64,000 nt of DNA, taken from assembly GCA_002269645.1 (NCBI GenBank), contig NIVC01001708.1:62001-126000 (forward strand). Reading direction: 5' to 3'. Of the stretch, positions 36,021 to 48,086 are shown piece by piece. The translations under genes and the position numbers were made by a program. The notes beneath the pieces are model-generated. The model ran no database searches. It was not told the origin of the DNA and saw only the letters and a program-made list of their open reading frames with translations. This DNA comes from Macrostomum lignano (taxonomy: Eukaryota). Within the stretch, counting starts at the first letter, position 1; each line of letters starts with the position of its first letter.

Positions 36021-36836
36021 TTAGCCTCGCTGCTGCTCAGTCGTGCGGGTCCATGCCGTTCCGGACATGGCGCCCAGGAACTCTGCTCGACATCCTGGAA
36101 TTAGCAATTTCGTATCGCAGTATGTGGCGTCTTTGAATCTTCGAGTCTTCCAAACTCAAAGCTTCATCAGCTCCAAGTTTCATTAGTTCGAAAGTTTGTT
36201 TTCGAAAAGAGACTGATCAAGCTATTGGTAAATAAAATTTCAAGAAACATTTAAATAAGCTGTCGAAATACAGCCGTTGGTTATAACAAAGACTACTCAA
36301 GTAGAAAGACGGAAACCTCGTTTCTTGGAAAATTTTAAGGAGGCTGGTGTTTCCGAAAATAAGACACCATACGGAGATAGGAATCTATAGGAATAGCCGT
36401 GCCATTTAAATGGGTTTTTAGGCACAGGACATGTGAGTGTACATAGAAGAAAAAATTAACATAAAACCCTAATTTTCTAAACGAAAAGCTTTATGAATAT
36501 CAATGGAGCTATAAGAAAGGCACAACATATCAAAAGATGGACATTTGGTCTGCCTCCTATCAAAAACAATAACAATTTTTGTGCTGAAAAATGAAAACTT
36601 CCTATCTCCGTAGTGTATTTTTTCCGGAAAACCTACCTCTAACATTTTCCAAGAAATGAGGTTTCCCGTCCTTCTGATTAAGTAGTCCTTGGTCCACGTA
36701 GTCCACGATACGAGTACAGTGCCGTGTTGGTGACTTGCTGCTCACCGGCGATCTTGAAGGCGGCTCGGAGCAGACGATGCGGCCTAATGTAAAAGTACAG
36801 ATTCGTCAGCGACTTCGATAGATACACGTCGGGTTG
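36021..36836 (-). CDS. Putative last two exons of an unidentified gene
   Basis: Exons 36836-36746 (cctacag|...gccg|gtgag) and 36094-36021 (ttccag|ga), phase-1 compatible: QPDVYLSKSLTNLYFYIRPHRLLRAAFKIAGCRAEFLGAMSGTAWTRTTEQQRG*. Confidence 0.35.
36291..36687. mobile_element. MITE-like element with ~90-bp imperfect terminal inverted repeats
   Basis: gactact...ggaaacctcgtttcttggaaaa...tacggagatagg mirrored at 36597-36687; no clear TSD. Confidence 0.7.
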
Positions 36837-37574
36837 CTGTAGGGGTCAGCCTGCTACAAGCCTGTTATATGTTACATTCTTTATCATTAATGAACCTGCT
36901 GCTCCATGCTCATTATTCTCATTATTTTCTTCTATCTGTAGAGCAGTTCGCGCAAGTCAGCCGAAAAACACAGAGATGGACGACAGGCCTGCGGGAGGGA
37001 GTTCAATCATCGACATAATTTTACGAGCTAATGACGCAATCCGATTTTCCAATGCATTGCTTTTGCCAGGCAAGTTGATAGTTGAGCCAACCAAGTTGAG
37101 ACTTCCCATGTGACAGCTGTAGATTTGGTCTTGCCAATAGACACAGACGCAAAAAGACAACCCAAGCTGAGAATTCGGCCATAGACATCAGCACGAAGAA
37201 TGATGTCAGAAGCAACCTCTCTCATAGAGATGTTATTGATTTTTTAAGATCATTGTCAAAAATCAGCCTTTCTGATAATGAAAGTGTCTATGGTAAAACC
37301 TGATCCACACAATTAATATATTTCTTTACTTGAAACCTCTAGATAACAATGGGTTATTTTTAAAACAGAAAAATGGTGTAATTCTTTTTTGAAACAACGC
37401 CAACAAGAAAGAATATAAACGCAATAATATACTCGTTTTAATGGTGAAAATTAGTCTCCATAAGTACGGCAGAATTGTCACAGTACCATCTTCCATTACA
37501 GTTGGCAATTGTTGAGAGTACAATTTTTTATTATGAAGATACTCCGGCCGTTAATCTCCCGACCATCGGGCACA

Positions 37575-38450
37575 TTATATCACCGCTTCTTGCGCGATGG
37601 AGCTCTGGATGCTGATGTCGGCAGGCATTGTTACATGACCTTGGGTCGATGCGTTTTCTCCTATGTTCAGAGCAAGCGACACTTTTTGCAAGGACTTGTC
37701 CCGTTTCATCGCCAGGTAGCGCCGGACGGTGCTCTCGGACTCTTGACCCGTAATAGCCATTATCTCGCTCATTGAATGCCCTTCCGATTCCAGGTCGCAC
37801 ACTCTGCTAACTCTAGTCTAGAACGGAGCAGGAAACAAGACCAGGGAAATTCAAATTATTTTCAATCATACAAACAAGCACATCGGAAAAGTCACATATA
37901 CTTTCATCGACCCACTAACTCACCGCGGATGCTGATTTGTGTATTCCTTTGGCAGCTGCACTTCTTTACTCAGCGCCTTCTTGAAGGTCCTTAAGTACGA
38001 GGTAGTTGATTCCTCGCTTCTTTCTGCTTTGAAAAAAATCGCCTGGTGCCTCCGACAATCCTCGGCAGTATCACTTTTCTCTAAGAAAGTGCAAGATGGA
38101 AAAGTAAAAAAATCTTCATTGTCCTTCATGTCCTTCTCGGATAAAGAGACTCACGAGATCCAATTGAGTTCGCTGCTAGTTAAGATTGGAAGCGAGCTAG
38201 GAAAGAGCAACTAGGATGGCGAATAACTGGATGCTAAGTCGGTGAGAGACTTAAAGGGTTGGTGATTTTCTGTCGCCTTGAATAATTCCGAACTGAACTC
38301 GGTGGGTGTCTCCTGCTTCCCGCGAGGACGAGCAGATGGCCTATCGAGATTCAGGCAACGGGGTTCTATTATTAGTAGAAATATTGTTTTATTATTGATG
38401 CTATTCTCATAAAATTTATATGCAATACTGCTGCTAGACCCCCATGGCAA
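37575..38450 (-). mobile_element. Degenerate Crypton-like tyrosine-recombinase element
   Basis: Fragments RPRGKQE, KALSKEVQLPKEYTN(H)SIR (frameshifted) and EGHSMSEIMAITGQESESTVRRY, matching the R...HxxR...TGH...Y tyrosine-recombinase layout. Confidence 0.6.
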
Positions 38451-39426
38451 CTCAGCTTGAGCCGGGGAGCTCAGATCCCCATTCCCGTTTTTCTTCCCCT
38501 AAAAAACTTGATGAATCAGACATCGGGTGGAAGCTGGGGAACAGCTTATGACAATCTTTATTTGATCCGGGGAGAAAATCTCTCGGAACTTCTAGTCAGG
38601 GAGCTAAGTTGGGTGGAGCTTATAATCTTCTGTTCCCTTATCTGCCCCCTCCCCTTCTCAAGCAGTTGATCCGATTCTTCAGAAAGTATCAGCATTGACG
38701 GCGCTGCAAGGATGCAAGGGATTTTGCTAACAGATTTGCGAGCACACTGCCTGGTGCTTCCTTCTTTGTTCCGACAAATTTTCTCAATGCATGCACCTCA
38801 TCTCATAACTCTGCTTGTGACTACATTATAACACGACGAAGTGTGCATTGACATATGGCCAAGCATTCTTAAATGGAATTTACAGCACGGCTTGGGATTT
38901 ACTGCACAGTATTACGAGCTAGCATTCTATGGCTAAAACCAGAAGAATGCTTTGCCCATAAATCAATGATATATTCCTGCACGGTCACGAGTGCACGATG
39001 TCCTTCACGCACGAGTGAACGTGAAGGAATTCCATTGTCGGATGATTCATCGTGCAGGAATGCACAAAACCGTGCAGGAATGCATTTCTGCGCCTAATGC
39101 TTTTTCAGTGAGATTTTACCATAGACATCCATTCCTGCACGCAAAAGAGTGCAAGAATGCCATTCTTGCATGGAAAATCAGCCGACAATGAATCTATCAC
39201 TAGGTTCCTTCGTGCGTAAATAGTCTTGGCACGAGTGCGCGTTAGCTAACCGAAAGCGAAACCTAGAGATAAATCTACCATTTAACAACATAGTCTATGG
39301 CCAAATCGTGGTAATCATTTTGTATTTCAACAAATAAATCAGCGTGCATTTAACGCAGGAGGCGTGCATTTTTATTTTAAGGTTGTACGAGCTATATCTT
39401 CTTTAAAACACAGGTGCAAATCTGGC

Positions 39427-40431
39427 TGAGTGATGGAGAGACTGGGTGATGGAGACACTGAGTGATGGAGACACTGAGTGATGGAGAGACTGAGTGATGG
39501 AGACATTGAGTGATGGAGACACTGAGTAAATGAGAGACTGGGTGATGGAGACACTGAGTGATGGAGAGACTGAGTGATGGAGAGACTGAGTGATGGAGAG
39601 ACTGAGTGATGGAGAGACTGGGTGATGGAGACATTGAGTGATGGAGAGACTGGGTGATGGAGAGACTGGGTGATGGAGACATTGAGTGATGGAGAGACTG
39701 AGTGATGGAGAGACTGGGTGATGGAGACACTGAGTGATGGAGAGACTGGGTGATGGAGACATTGAGTGATGGAAAGAATGGGTGATGGAGAGACTGGGTG
39801 ATGGAGAGACTGGGTGATGGAGACATTGAGTGATGGAGAGACTGAGTGATGGAGAGACAGTGGGATAGAGAGACTGGGTGATGGAAAGACTTTGTGATGG
39901 AGAGACTGGGTGATGGAGACATTGAGTGATGGAAAGACTGGGTGATGGAGAGACTGGGTGATGGAGACACTGAGTGATGGAGAGACTGAGTGATGGAGAG
40001 ACTGAGTGATGGAGAGACTGAGTGATGGAGAGACTGGGTGATGGAGACATTGAGTGATGGAGAGACTGAGTGATGGAGACATTGAGTGATGGAGAGACTG
40101 AGTGATGGAGAGACAGTGGGATAGAGAGACTGGGTGATGGAAAGACTTTGTGATGGAGAGACTGGGTGATGGAGACATTGAGTGATGGAAAGACTGGGTG
40201 ATGGAGAGACTGGGTGATGGAGACATTGAGTGATGGAGAGACTGAGTGATGGAGAGACTGAGTGATGGAGAGACTGAGTGATGGAGAGACTGAGTGATGG
40301 AGAGACTGAGTGATGGAGAGACTGAGTGATGGAGAGACTGAGTGATGGAGAGACTGGGTGATGGAGACATTGAGGGATGGAGAGACTGAGTGATGGAGAG
40401 ACTGTGGGATAGAGAGTCTGGGTGATGGAAA
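39427..40431. repeat. 20-bp minisatellite (gagactgagtgatggaga..)
   Basis: Visible tandem array. Confidence 0.97.
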
Positions 40432-41162
40432 GATGCTGAGGCCTCCTGGCTGCATACGCACGCCGCAAGCCAGCAGTCGGTGCCAGAAGTGCACCGGCAC
40501 CGCTAGCTCGTGCGCAAACAGAGGAGGATCAGTCTGCAATGAGCCGCACTTTACTGGTCCGCGTCAGAGACTTGTAGAATTTGATCCGTTTCACAGCTCT
40601 CTGCCTCCATTTCAGCAGCTGTCCCAGATGCGCGTGTTTCATCGTCATACACCTGAATCAGGGTTCGGCGACCCCCGGCTCTCGAAGCCTCTATATCCGG
40701 ACCTTGGGTGATTTAAAACTCTTTTAATAGAAATGATTAATTAATTACAATAACTGCTTATCCTTCAAATCATTCAAAGAGAATGTTTCCGCTGACATTC
40801 TCTTATTCGGCGATTCTGTAACCATCTCACCCCAAGGTCGCTTTGCCAGGCTGGCCAAGCTGTCTGTCTGAAAATCTGAAACTGCTCCAGATGTTGCTTT
40901 TATTTTCTTGTTTCCCTGCCCCCGCCCCAGTTTCTGTGCTGTGGATTGCCGGCAGAGAGGGCTCGGGCTCAAAGAAATTTCCATCTCAGACTCAAGCCCA
41001 CAACGTCTGCCTGGAGAATCGATAGTTTGACCATGTTTCTGATGGGGTATCGAACGAATTTTCAATGCAGTTTTGTCACTCTTTAGATTAAAAAACACTT
41101 CACACTAAACATTTTTTACATTTTCGAGCTTGTGAAGTTTCGAAATTGCGAAGTTTCGAGTA

Positions 41163-43686
41163 ACAGAAGCGGGAAGGAGATTAAGAGATGGAGGGTGAGA
41201 GAGGGGGACAGAAGCGGGAAGGAGATTAAGAGATGGAGGGTGAGAGAGGGGGGACAGAAGCGGAAAGGAGATTAAGAGATGGAGGGTGAGAGAGGGGGAC
41301 AGAAGCGGGAAGGAGATTAAGAGATGGAGGGTGAGAGAGGGGGACAGAAGCGGGAAGGAGATTAAGAGATGGAGGGTGAGAGAGGGGGACAGAAGCGGGA
41401 AGGAGATTAAGAGATGGAGGGTGAGAGAGGGGGACAGAAGCGGGAAGGAGATTAAGAGATGGAGGGTGAGAGAGGGGGACAGAAGCGGGAAGGAGATTAA
41501 GAGATGGAGGGTGAGAGAGGGGGACAGAAGCGGGAAGGAGATTAAGAGATGGAGGGTGAGAGAGGGGGACAGAAGCGGGAAGGAGATTAAGAGATGGAGG
41601 GTGAGAGAGGGGGACAGAAGCGGGAAGGAGATTAAGAGATGGAGGGTGAGAGAGGGGGACAGAAGCGGGAAGGAGATTAAGAGATGGAGGGTGAGAGAGG
41701 GGGACAGAAGCGGAAAGGAGATTAAGAGATGGAGGGTGAGAGAGGGGGACAGAAGCGGGAAGGAGATTAAGAGATGGAGGGTGAGAGAGGGGGACAGAAG
41801 CGGGAAGGAGATTAAGAGATGGAGGGTGAGAGAGGGGGACAGAAGCGGGAAGGAGATTAAGAGATGGAGGGTGAGAGAGGGGGACAGAAGCGGGAAGGAG
41901 ATTAAGAGATGGAGGGTGAGAGAGGGGGACAGAAGCGGGAAGGAGATTAAGAGATGGAGGGTGAGAGAGGGGGACAGAAGCGGGAAGGAGATTAAGAGAT
42001 GGAGGGTGAGAGAGGGGGACAGAAGCGGGAAGGAGATTAAGAGATGGAGGGTGAGAGAGGGGGACAGAAGCGGGAAGGAGATTAAGAGATGGAGGGTGAG
42101 AGAGGGGACAGAAGCGGGAAGGAGATTAAGAGATGGAGGGTGAGAGAGGGGACAGAAGCGGGAAGGAGATTAAGAGATGGAGGGTGAGAGAGGGGACAGA
42201 AGCGGGAAGGAGATTAAGAGATGGAGGGTGAGAGAGGGGGACAGAAGCGGGAAGGAGATTAAGAGATGGAGGGTGAGAGAGGGGGGACAGAAGCGGGAAG
42301 GAGATTAAGAGATGGAGGGTGAGAGAGGGGGACAGAAGCGGGAAGGAGATTAAGAGATGGAGGGTGAGAGAGGGGGACAGAAGCGGGAAGGAGATTAAGA
42401 GATGGAGGGTGAGAGAGGGGGACAGAAGCGGAAAGGAGATTAAGAGATGGAGGGTGAGAGAGGGGGACAGAAGCGGGAAGGAGATTAAGAGATGGAGGGT
42501 GAGAGAGGGGACAGAAGCGGGAAGGAGATTAAGAGATGGAGGGTGAGAGAGGGGGACAGAAGCGGGAAGGAGATTAAGAGATGGAGGGTGAGAGAGGGGG
42601 ACAGAAGCGGGAAGGAGATTAAGAGATGGAGGGTGAGAGAGGGGGACAGAAGCGGGAAGGAGATTAAGAGATGGAGGGTGAGAGAGGGGGACAGAAGCGG
42701 GAAGGAGATTAAGAGATGGAGGGTGAGAGAGGGGGACAGAAGCGGGAAGGAGATTAAGAGATGGAGGGTGAGAGAGGGGGACAGAAGCGGGAAGGAGATT
42801 AAGAGATGGAGGGTGAGAGAGGGGGACAGAAGCGGAAAGGAGATTAAGAGATGGAGGGTGAGAGAGGGGGACAGAAGCGGGAAGGAGATTAAGAGATGGA
42901 GGGTGAGAGAGGGGGACAGAAGCGGGAAGGAGATTAAGAGATGGAGTGGGAGAGAGGGGGGACAGAAGCGGGAAGGAGATTAAGAGATGAAGGGTGAGAG
43001 AGGGGGACAGAAGCGGGAAGGAGATTAAGAGATGGAGGGTGAGAGAGGGGGGACAGAAGCGGGAAGGAGATTAAGAGATGGAGTGGGAGAGAGGGGGACA
43101 GAAGCGGGAAGGAGATTAAGAGATGGAGGGTGAGAGAGGGGGACAGAAGCGGGAAGGAGATTAAGAGATGGAGGGTGAGAGAGGGGGACAGAAGCGGGAA
43201 GGAGATTAAGAGATGGAGGGTGAGAGAGGGGGACAGAAGCGGGAAGGAGATTAAGAGATGGAGGGTGAGAGAGGGGGACAGAAGCGGGAAGGAGATTAAG
43301 AGATGGAGGGTGAGAGAGGGGGACAGAAGCGGGAAGGAGATTAAGAGATGGAGGGTGAGAGAGTTGGGGCAGAAGCGGGAAGGAGATTAAGAGATGGAGG
43401 GTGAGAGAGTTGGGACAGAAGCGGGAAGGAGATTAAGAGATGGAGGGTGAGAGAGGGGAGACAGAAGTGGGAAGGAGATTAAGAGATGGAGGGTGAGAGA
43501 GGGGAGACAGAAGCGGGAAGGAGATTAGGAGATGGAGGGTGAGAGAGGGGAGACAGAAGCGGGAAGGAGATTAGGAGATGGAGGGTGAGAGAGGGGAGAC
43601 AGAAGCGGGAAGGAGATTAAGAGATGGAGTGGGAGAGAGGGGAGACAGAAGCGGGAAGGAGATTAGGAGATGGAGGGTGAGAGAGG
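41163..43686. repeat. 39-bp purine-rich minisatellite
   Basis: Units cagaagcgggaaggagattaagagatggagggtgagagaggggga; very homogeneous apart from G-run length. Confidence 0.98.
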
Positions 43687-44279
43687 GGGGGCAGTGGGAG
43701 GCGAGTGATGGAGGGTTAGGAAGGGACGTAAATTCTGTTTGGAGACGCGATCCAAAAGGACATTAAGAAAACCCAGAGAACCTCTGCAATATCGGATGAT
43801 TGAATTGAAAGCAATAAGCTCAAAAACAATTTATTTTGCTGTGCGCTGTTTCCAATGCAGAGGCGGTCATTTTCTTGGATCGATGGTCAGCTATATAAAC
43901 AACAGAAATATGAGCATTCATGTAGTATATTTTCATTAAGATGTTGCAGAGAATCTGTCCAAACTGTAGCGCAATATCCTTTTTTATGAGAATCGTTCTA
44001 AATATCTACTTCGGATGATATCGTTTAACAACTGATGCCGTTCATCATTTCTGTCATTAGGAAAAATGGGATTTTTTCACTGCCAAAGCGGCTGTCATTT
44101 CAAGCGGGAGGATAGCAATAAAATAACAATGACTGCCACAAGAAATCAACATAGATAGGGGTGCTGGGAGAGTGAGAATGAGATGTGGGTGCAAATGTGC
44201 GTGTGCTACATGGTGATGACTCAATCAGTCACGTTCATAGTTCACAGAGTTCTTCTATTAAATCATCTTGGCTGCTCAA

Positions 44280-45422
44280 TCAGTTTAATGAAGGCAGCAG
44301 CCGCTGTTGAGTCTCCTGCAGCTCGAACGTCGCTGCCGTCGGCTGCTGCTGCCGCTGCTGCTTCCCCTGCGTCCGGTCGGCGGCCGGTCGCGGATTCCCG
44401 ACGCTCCGACAGGCCGGCAGGCGGTTTAGCAGGGCCTTCAGATCGGTCATGAACAGCGACGAGGTAAAGCTAAAGATGAAGAAGTGGATGAGGTGATTCA
44501 GCCGCTCCAGAATCTGGCAGATCAGCTCGATGCGGCTGCACATGAGCGAGTCCATGTCGCACAGATCCGAGAAGCCGTGGTACCAGACCACGACGGGCGC
44601 CGTGAACAGCAGATGGCAGACAGCCATGGCGAACACGGTCACGAAGATCTTGTTCGAAGCCTGGCGACCGCCGCCGCCGCCGTTGCCGCCTCCCGCGCCG
44701 CGGCCGCCGCTGCGAGAGGCCGCGGCAGCCAGTCTCTGCCGCTGACGACCCAGACGGACCAAAATGACGGCGTTGAGAGAGACGATGAGAGCGAAAGGCA
44801 GGTAGGAGTACACGATGGAGTCGACTATGTTGAACGCTTGTCTGAGAGTCTCGAACTCGGCGCGCTCACTGCAGGTCTCCGGCTCGACAATGAACAGCAG
44901 CGGCAGGTCGCAGGTGGCCAGCAGGCTGGCGACCACAGCCAGGGCGGCGGCACCGTTGCGCAGCTGGCAGACGGACTTCATGCTGAACGGCCAGCAGACG
45001 CAGACGAGGCGCTCGACGCACATCAGGCAGATGATCCACACGGACGTGTTGCTGAGCCAGGTGTACAGGAACAGCGGCCAGCTGCAGCCTAGCAACATCC
45101 GGGGATCGCGGCAGGTGACAGTAATGGCCAGGTGTCTCAGGCAGCCCTGCGCCAGCACGAGGGTGTCTACGGCGCACAGCACAGTCAGGAACAGCGCCGT
45201 GGAGCCCTGCGAGCTGCTGATCCGGCGGCACCAGAGCAGCATGGAGAGCAGGTCGGCCGGCACGCCAACCAGCAGGAACACGATGGAGTAGAACAGCAGG
45301 AGGTAGCGGACCAGCGGGTCCTGGCCCGCCATCTGGCCACCGTTGTCAAAGTAGCTGTTGCTGTCATTCGGCAGGCTGCAGTTGGGCAACCCGAACAGCA
45401 GGGAGGATGCCGGCGTCTCCAT
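44280..45422 (-). CDS. Intronless rhodopsin-class (peptide-receptor-like) GPCR, ~380 aa
   Basis: Seven hydrophobic segments; N-terminal NCS/NDS glycosylation sites; LCAVD (TM2), VERLVCVCWPF (TM3), YLPF (TM5), LNHLIHFFIF (TM7). ATG at 45422 within ORF 44280..45551. Confidence 0.88.
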   Translation of the reverse strand: METPASSLLFGLPNCSLPNDSNSYFDNGGQMAGQDPLVRYLLLFYSIVFLLVGVPADLLSMLLWCRRISSSQGSTALFLTVLCAVDTLVLAQGCLRHLAITVTCRDPRMLLGCSWPLFLYTWLSNTSVWIICLMCVERLVCVCWPFSMKSVCQLRNGAAALAVVASLLATCDLPLLFIVEPETCSERAEFETLRQAFNIVDSIVYSYLPFALIVSLNAVILVRLGRQRQRLAAAASRSGGRGAGGGNGGGGGRQASNKIFVTVFAMAVCHLLFTAPVVVWYHGFSDLCDMDSLMCSRIELICQILERLNHLIHFFIFSFTSSLFMTDLKALLNRLPACRSVGNPRPAADRTQGKQQRQQQPTAATFELQETQQRLLPSLN

Positions 45423-45789
45423 GGCTCTGCGTGTCTCAGCTCTGCAATTTCTGCTTTTGCTGTTCTGTCTGTGCTTGAAATCGGCTTGCCAATCCAATTT
45501 CTGCTGCAGAATAAGTAGCAACTGCTGCGTCCGCCCCTGATTGGTTCGCACGGCCAGCCATCCACCGCCATTAGGGATTAGAGTTAGGGCAGGAGTTTCC
45601 GGCTTTTTGGAAGCCCAAACTCCATTTTTTCCACCCGATTCTCTGCAGCCAGCTTCCTACAGCCCTCCGTAGTCATCCGTCATCATTTGATTTGCCAGAA
45701 AATGGCAGCGAAGATTTCTGGGAATTTCTCAAAATCTACTTTATTCATCCACTTCATTTGGCCCCATTCAGCCGAGAGTACCTTCCCAA

Positions 45790-46010
45790 AGCTCGATCGT
45801 GAGTCGCCCTTGTCTGACTCTCCTGCCGCGACCCCTGGTTCGATCCGTGTTCCGTGGCCAACACCCAAGGCACACAGAGTGCACATGCCAGGGGGCTCAC
45901 AGCAGCCCTCCAGCAAATCGCCCCTGCCCCCTCTGGAAGATGTTGGAAGGCGGTGAAGACCTTCTGTGAATCCGTCACAAAGCAGCAAAATAATTAATCA
46001 ATTGAAGAGA
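45790..46010 (+). mobile_element. Possible SINE (tRNA-like head)
   Basis: B box GGTTCGATCC at ~45837 with a GC-rich body; A box poorly preserved. Confidence 0.3.
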
Positions 46011-46364
46011 TTAAGCGAGCATCTCGGGCCAGTGCAGAATTGGCAATAAAGGCAGTCAGACACTCGCCGTGATTACGAGTAAGCTGCTCATGGGGATTTG
46101 AGCTGCGGCAGAATTAGGGCAGCTAAGAAATAGGCTTAGCGAAGGAGAGCTCTGTCTTAGAGGCTGCCCCGACAGGGTCACATGGCTGGGCAGCCTAAAA
46201 AGGGACGAACTTTTATAGATTTTTGATTGAGTCGACTCGGAAATCCTTCCTTAGCCTCTGTTCGGCACAACTCTGCGATAAGCCTCCCTTAAACCTGATG
46301 ACGAGATGACGGCAGTGAAGAGGGGCCCACTGAGCTGCGAGTAATAAAGGTGGGAAAAGGGTTC

Positions 46365-46685
46365 GGACATTTTGAGTAGAGTTAGGTGGACATTGTGAGG
46401 AGAGTTAGGTGGACATTGTGAGTAGAGTTAGGTGGACATTGTGAGGAGAGTTAGGTGGACATTGTGAGTAGAGTTAGGTGGACATTTTGAGTAGAGTTAG
46501 GTGGACATCGTGAGGAGAGTTAGGTGGACATTGTGAGGAGAGTTAGGTGGACATTGTGAGTAAAGTTAGGTGGACATTGTGAGTAAAGTTAGGTGGACAT
46601 TGTGAGTAGAGTTAGGTGGACATTGTGAGTAGAATTAGGTGGACATTGTGAGGAGAGTTAGGTGGACATTGTGAGGAGAGTTAGG
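46365..46685. repeat. 20-bp minisatellite (gtggacattgtgagtagagttag-like)
   Basis: Visible tandem array. Confidence 0.93.
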
Positions 46686-46974
46686 TTGATAGCGAGTGCC
46701 TGGGAAATGTTTTATTATTGCTTCATTAATATTAGTTAGCCATGCAGATTTGTCTGTTGCTGCACTTTATTGCGGCAGATGGCTGGAGTGAGTGGCGCTG
46801 ACTGGAACTGATTTGAGCAAGAAATTCGGCTTAATTTGTCTGATAAAGTTGCTCCTGAGGTCAAATCTAATCTAATTATTATCTGGGCATGTCTGAGAAA
46901 CAGGTAAGTGCTCATTTGGGTGCATATTGAGCGTCAATATAGTCTGCTCAAGTTAGATTGACACACTCGCTGAA

Positions 46975-47370
46975 GGACTGGGATTGTGACAATCTGCACT
47001 AAAAGACTGGGATAGTGGCATTCTGCACTAAAATACTGGGATAGTGGCATTCTGCACTAAAAGACTGGGATAGTGACATTCTGCACTAAAAGACTGGGAT
47101 AGTGGCATTCTGCACTAAAATACTGGGATAGTGACAATCTGCACTAAAAAGACTGGGATAGTGGCATTCTGCACTAAAAGACTGGGATAGTGGCATTCTG
47201 CACTAAAAGACTGGGATAGTGGCATTCTGCACTAAAAGACTGGGATAGTGGCATTCTGCACTAAAAGACTGGGATAGTGACATTCTGCACTAAAAGACTG
47301 GGATAGTGGCATTCTGCACTAAAAGACTGGGATAGTGACATTCTGCACTAAAAAGACTGGGATAGTGGCA
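46975..47370. repeat. ~29-30-bp minisatellite (ctgcactaaaagactgggatagtggcatt), array 1
   Basis: About 13 units. Confidence 0.96.
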
Positions 47371-48086
47371 CACACGGACGGATTCAAGAGGCACTAATTT
47401 TATCTTTTCTGTATGAACCAAACCAATATAGCTATACTGATGAATTAAAATTGTTCAATACAATGAACTCCCAAATAGTTGCTAATCCAACTGCCGGCTG
47501 ATTGAAGTGGAGTTAATGCGGTGCAGCACTCTAAACCTGGTTCTGCGCCACTAAACTGTGTGCGTGACGCCCTCGCATTTCCGAGAAAGGATCCATTTTA
47601 AATTCATGCATTAAAACAAATCAATTTAATCTTGCTCTACACTTCCATAATTGATTTAATCTGCCAAATAATTCCACCGAATGTACTTGCGATACTTTAC
47701 CCAATAATTTGCGCATATAGGCCCAACACCGGCCCCCCGTAACTTGGCATGGCAGTTGCTGTAGTTTAAAATTAGAAATAGTATAGAAAATGCAAGCATA
47801 ATTAGCAGATGCAACTGAAATTTATGGTTCTGGAATCGATATACTCGTATGTCACCGAGGCCCCACTTGTGGGCCAATTACGAGTTAGAATCGCTAATGA
47901 TTTAAGGCCGGACAGAATCCACTTTTGCTGCGGCACCACGGTTCTCGCTTGCGGTCTGCGCTGCCACCTTGTGATTGAGCTATCATCATCATCCCCACCA
48001 TCATCATCATCATCATCATCATCATCACCATCATCATCACCATCATCATCATCATCATCACCATCACCATCATCATCATCACCACC
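47371..48086. repeat. Left copy of a long direct repeat flanking the RTE-like LINE
   Basis: Matches 51028-51740 (offset 3657), including the interruption pattern of the (CAT)n. Confidence 0.93.

Noticed and set aside
40433-41098. GC-richer ORF-like patches between two minisatellites
   Set aside because: No recognisable domain and no consistent splice model.
39372-43390. ORFs of 285-378 aa
   Set aside because: Translations of 20-bp and 39-bp minisatellites.
44484-45571. Overlapping ORFs in other frames of the GPCR
   Set aside because: Shadow ORFs of a GC-rich coding region.
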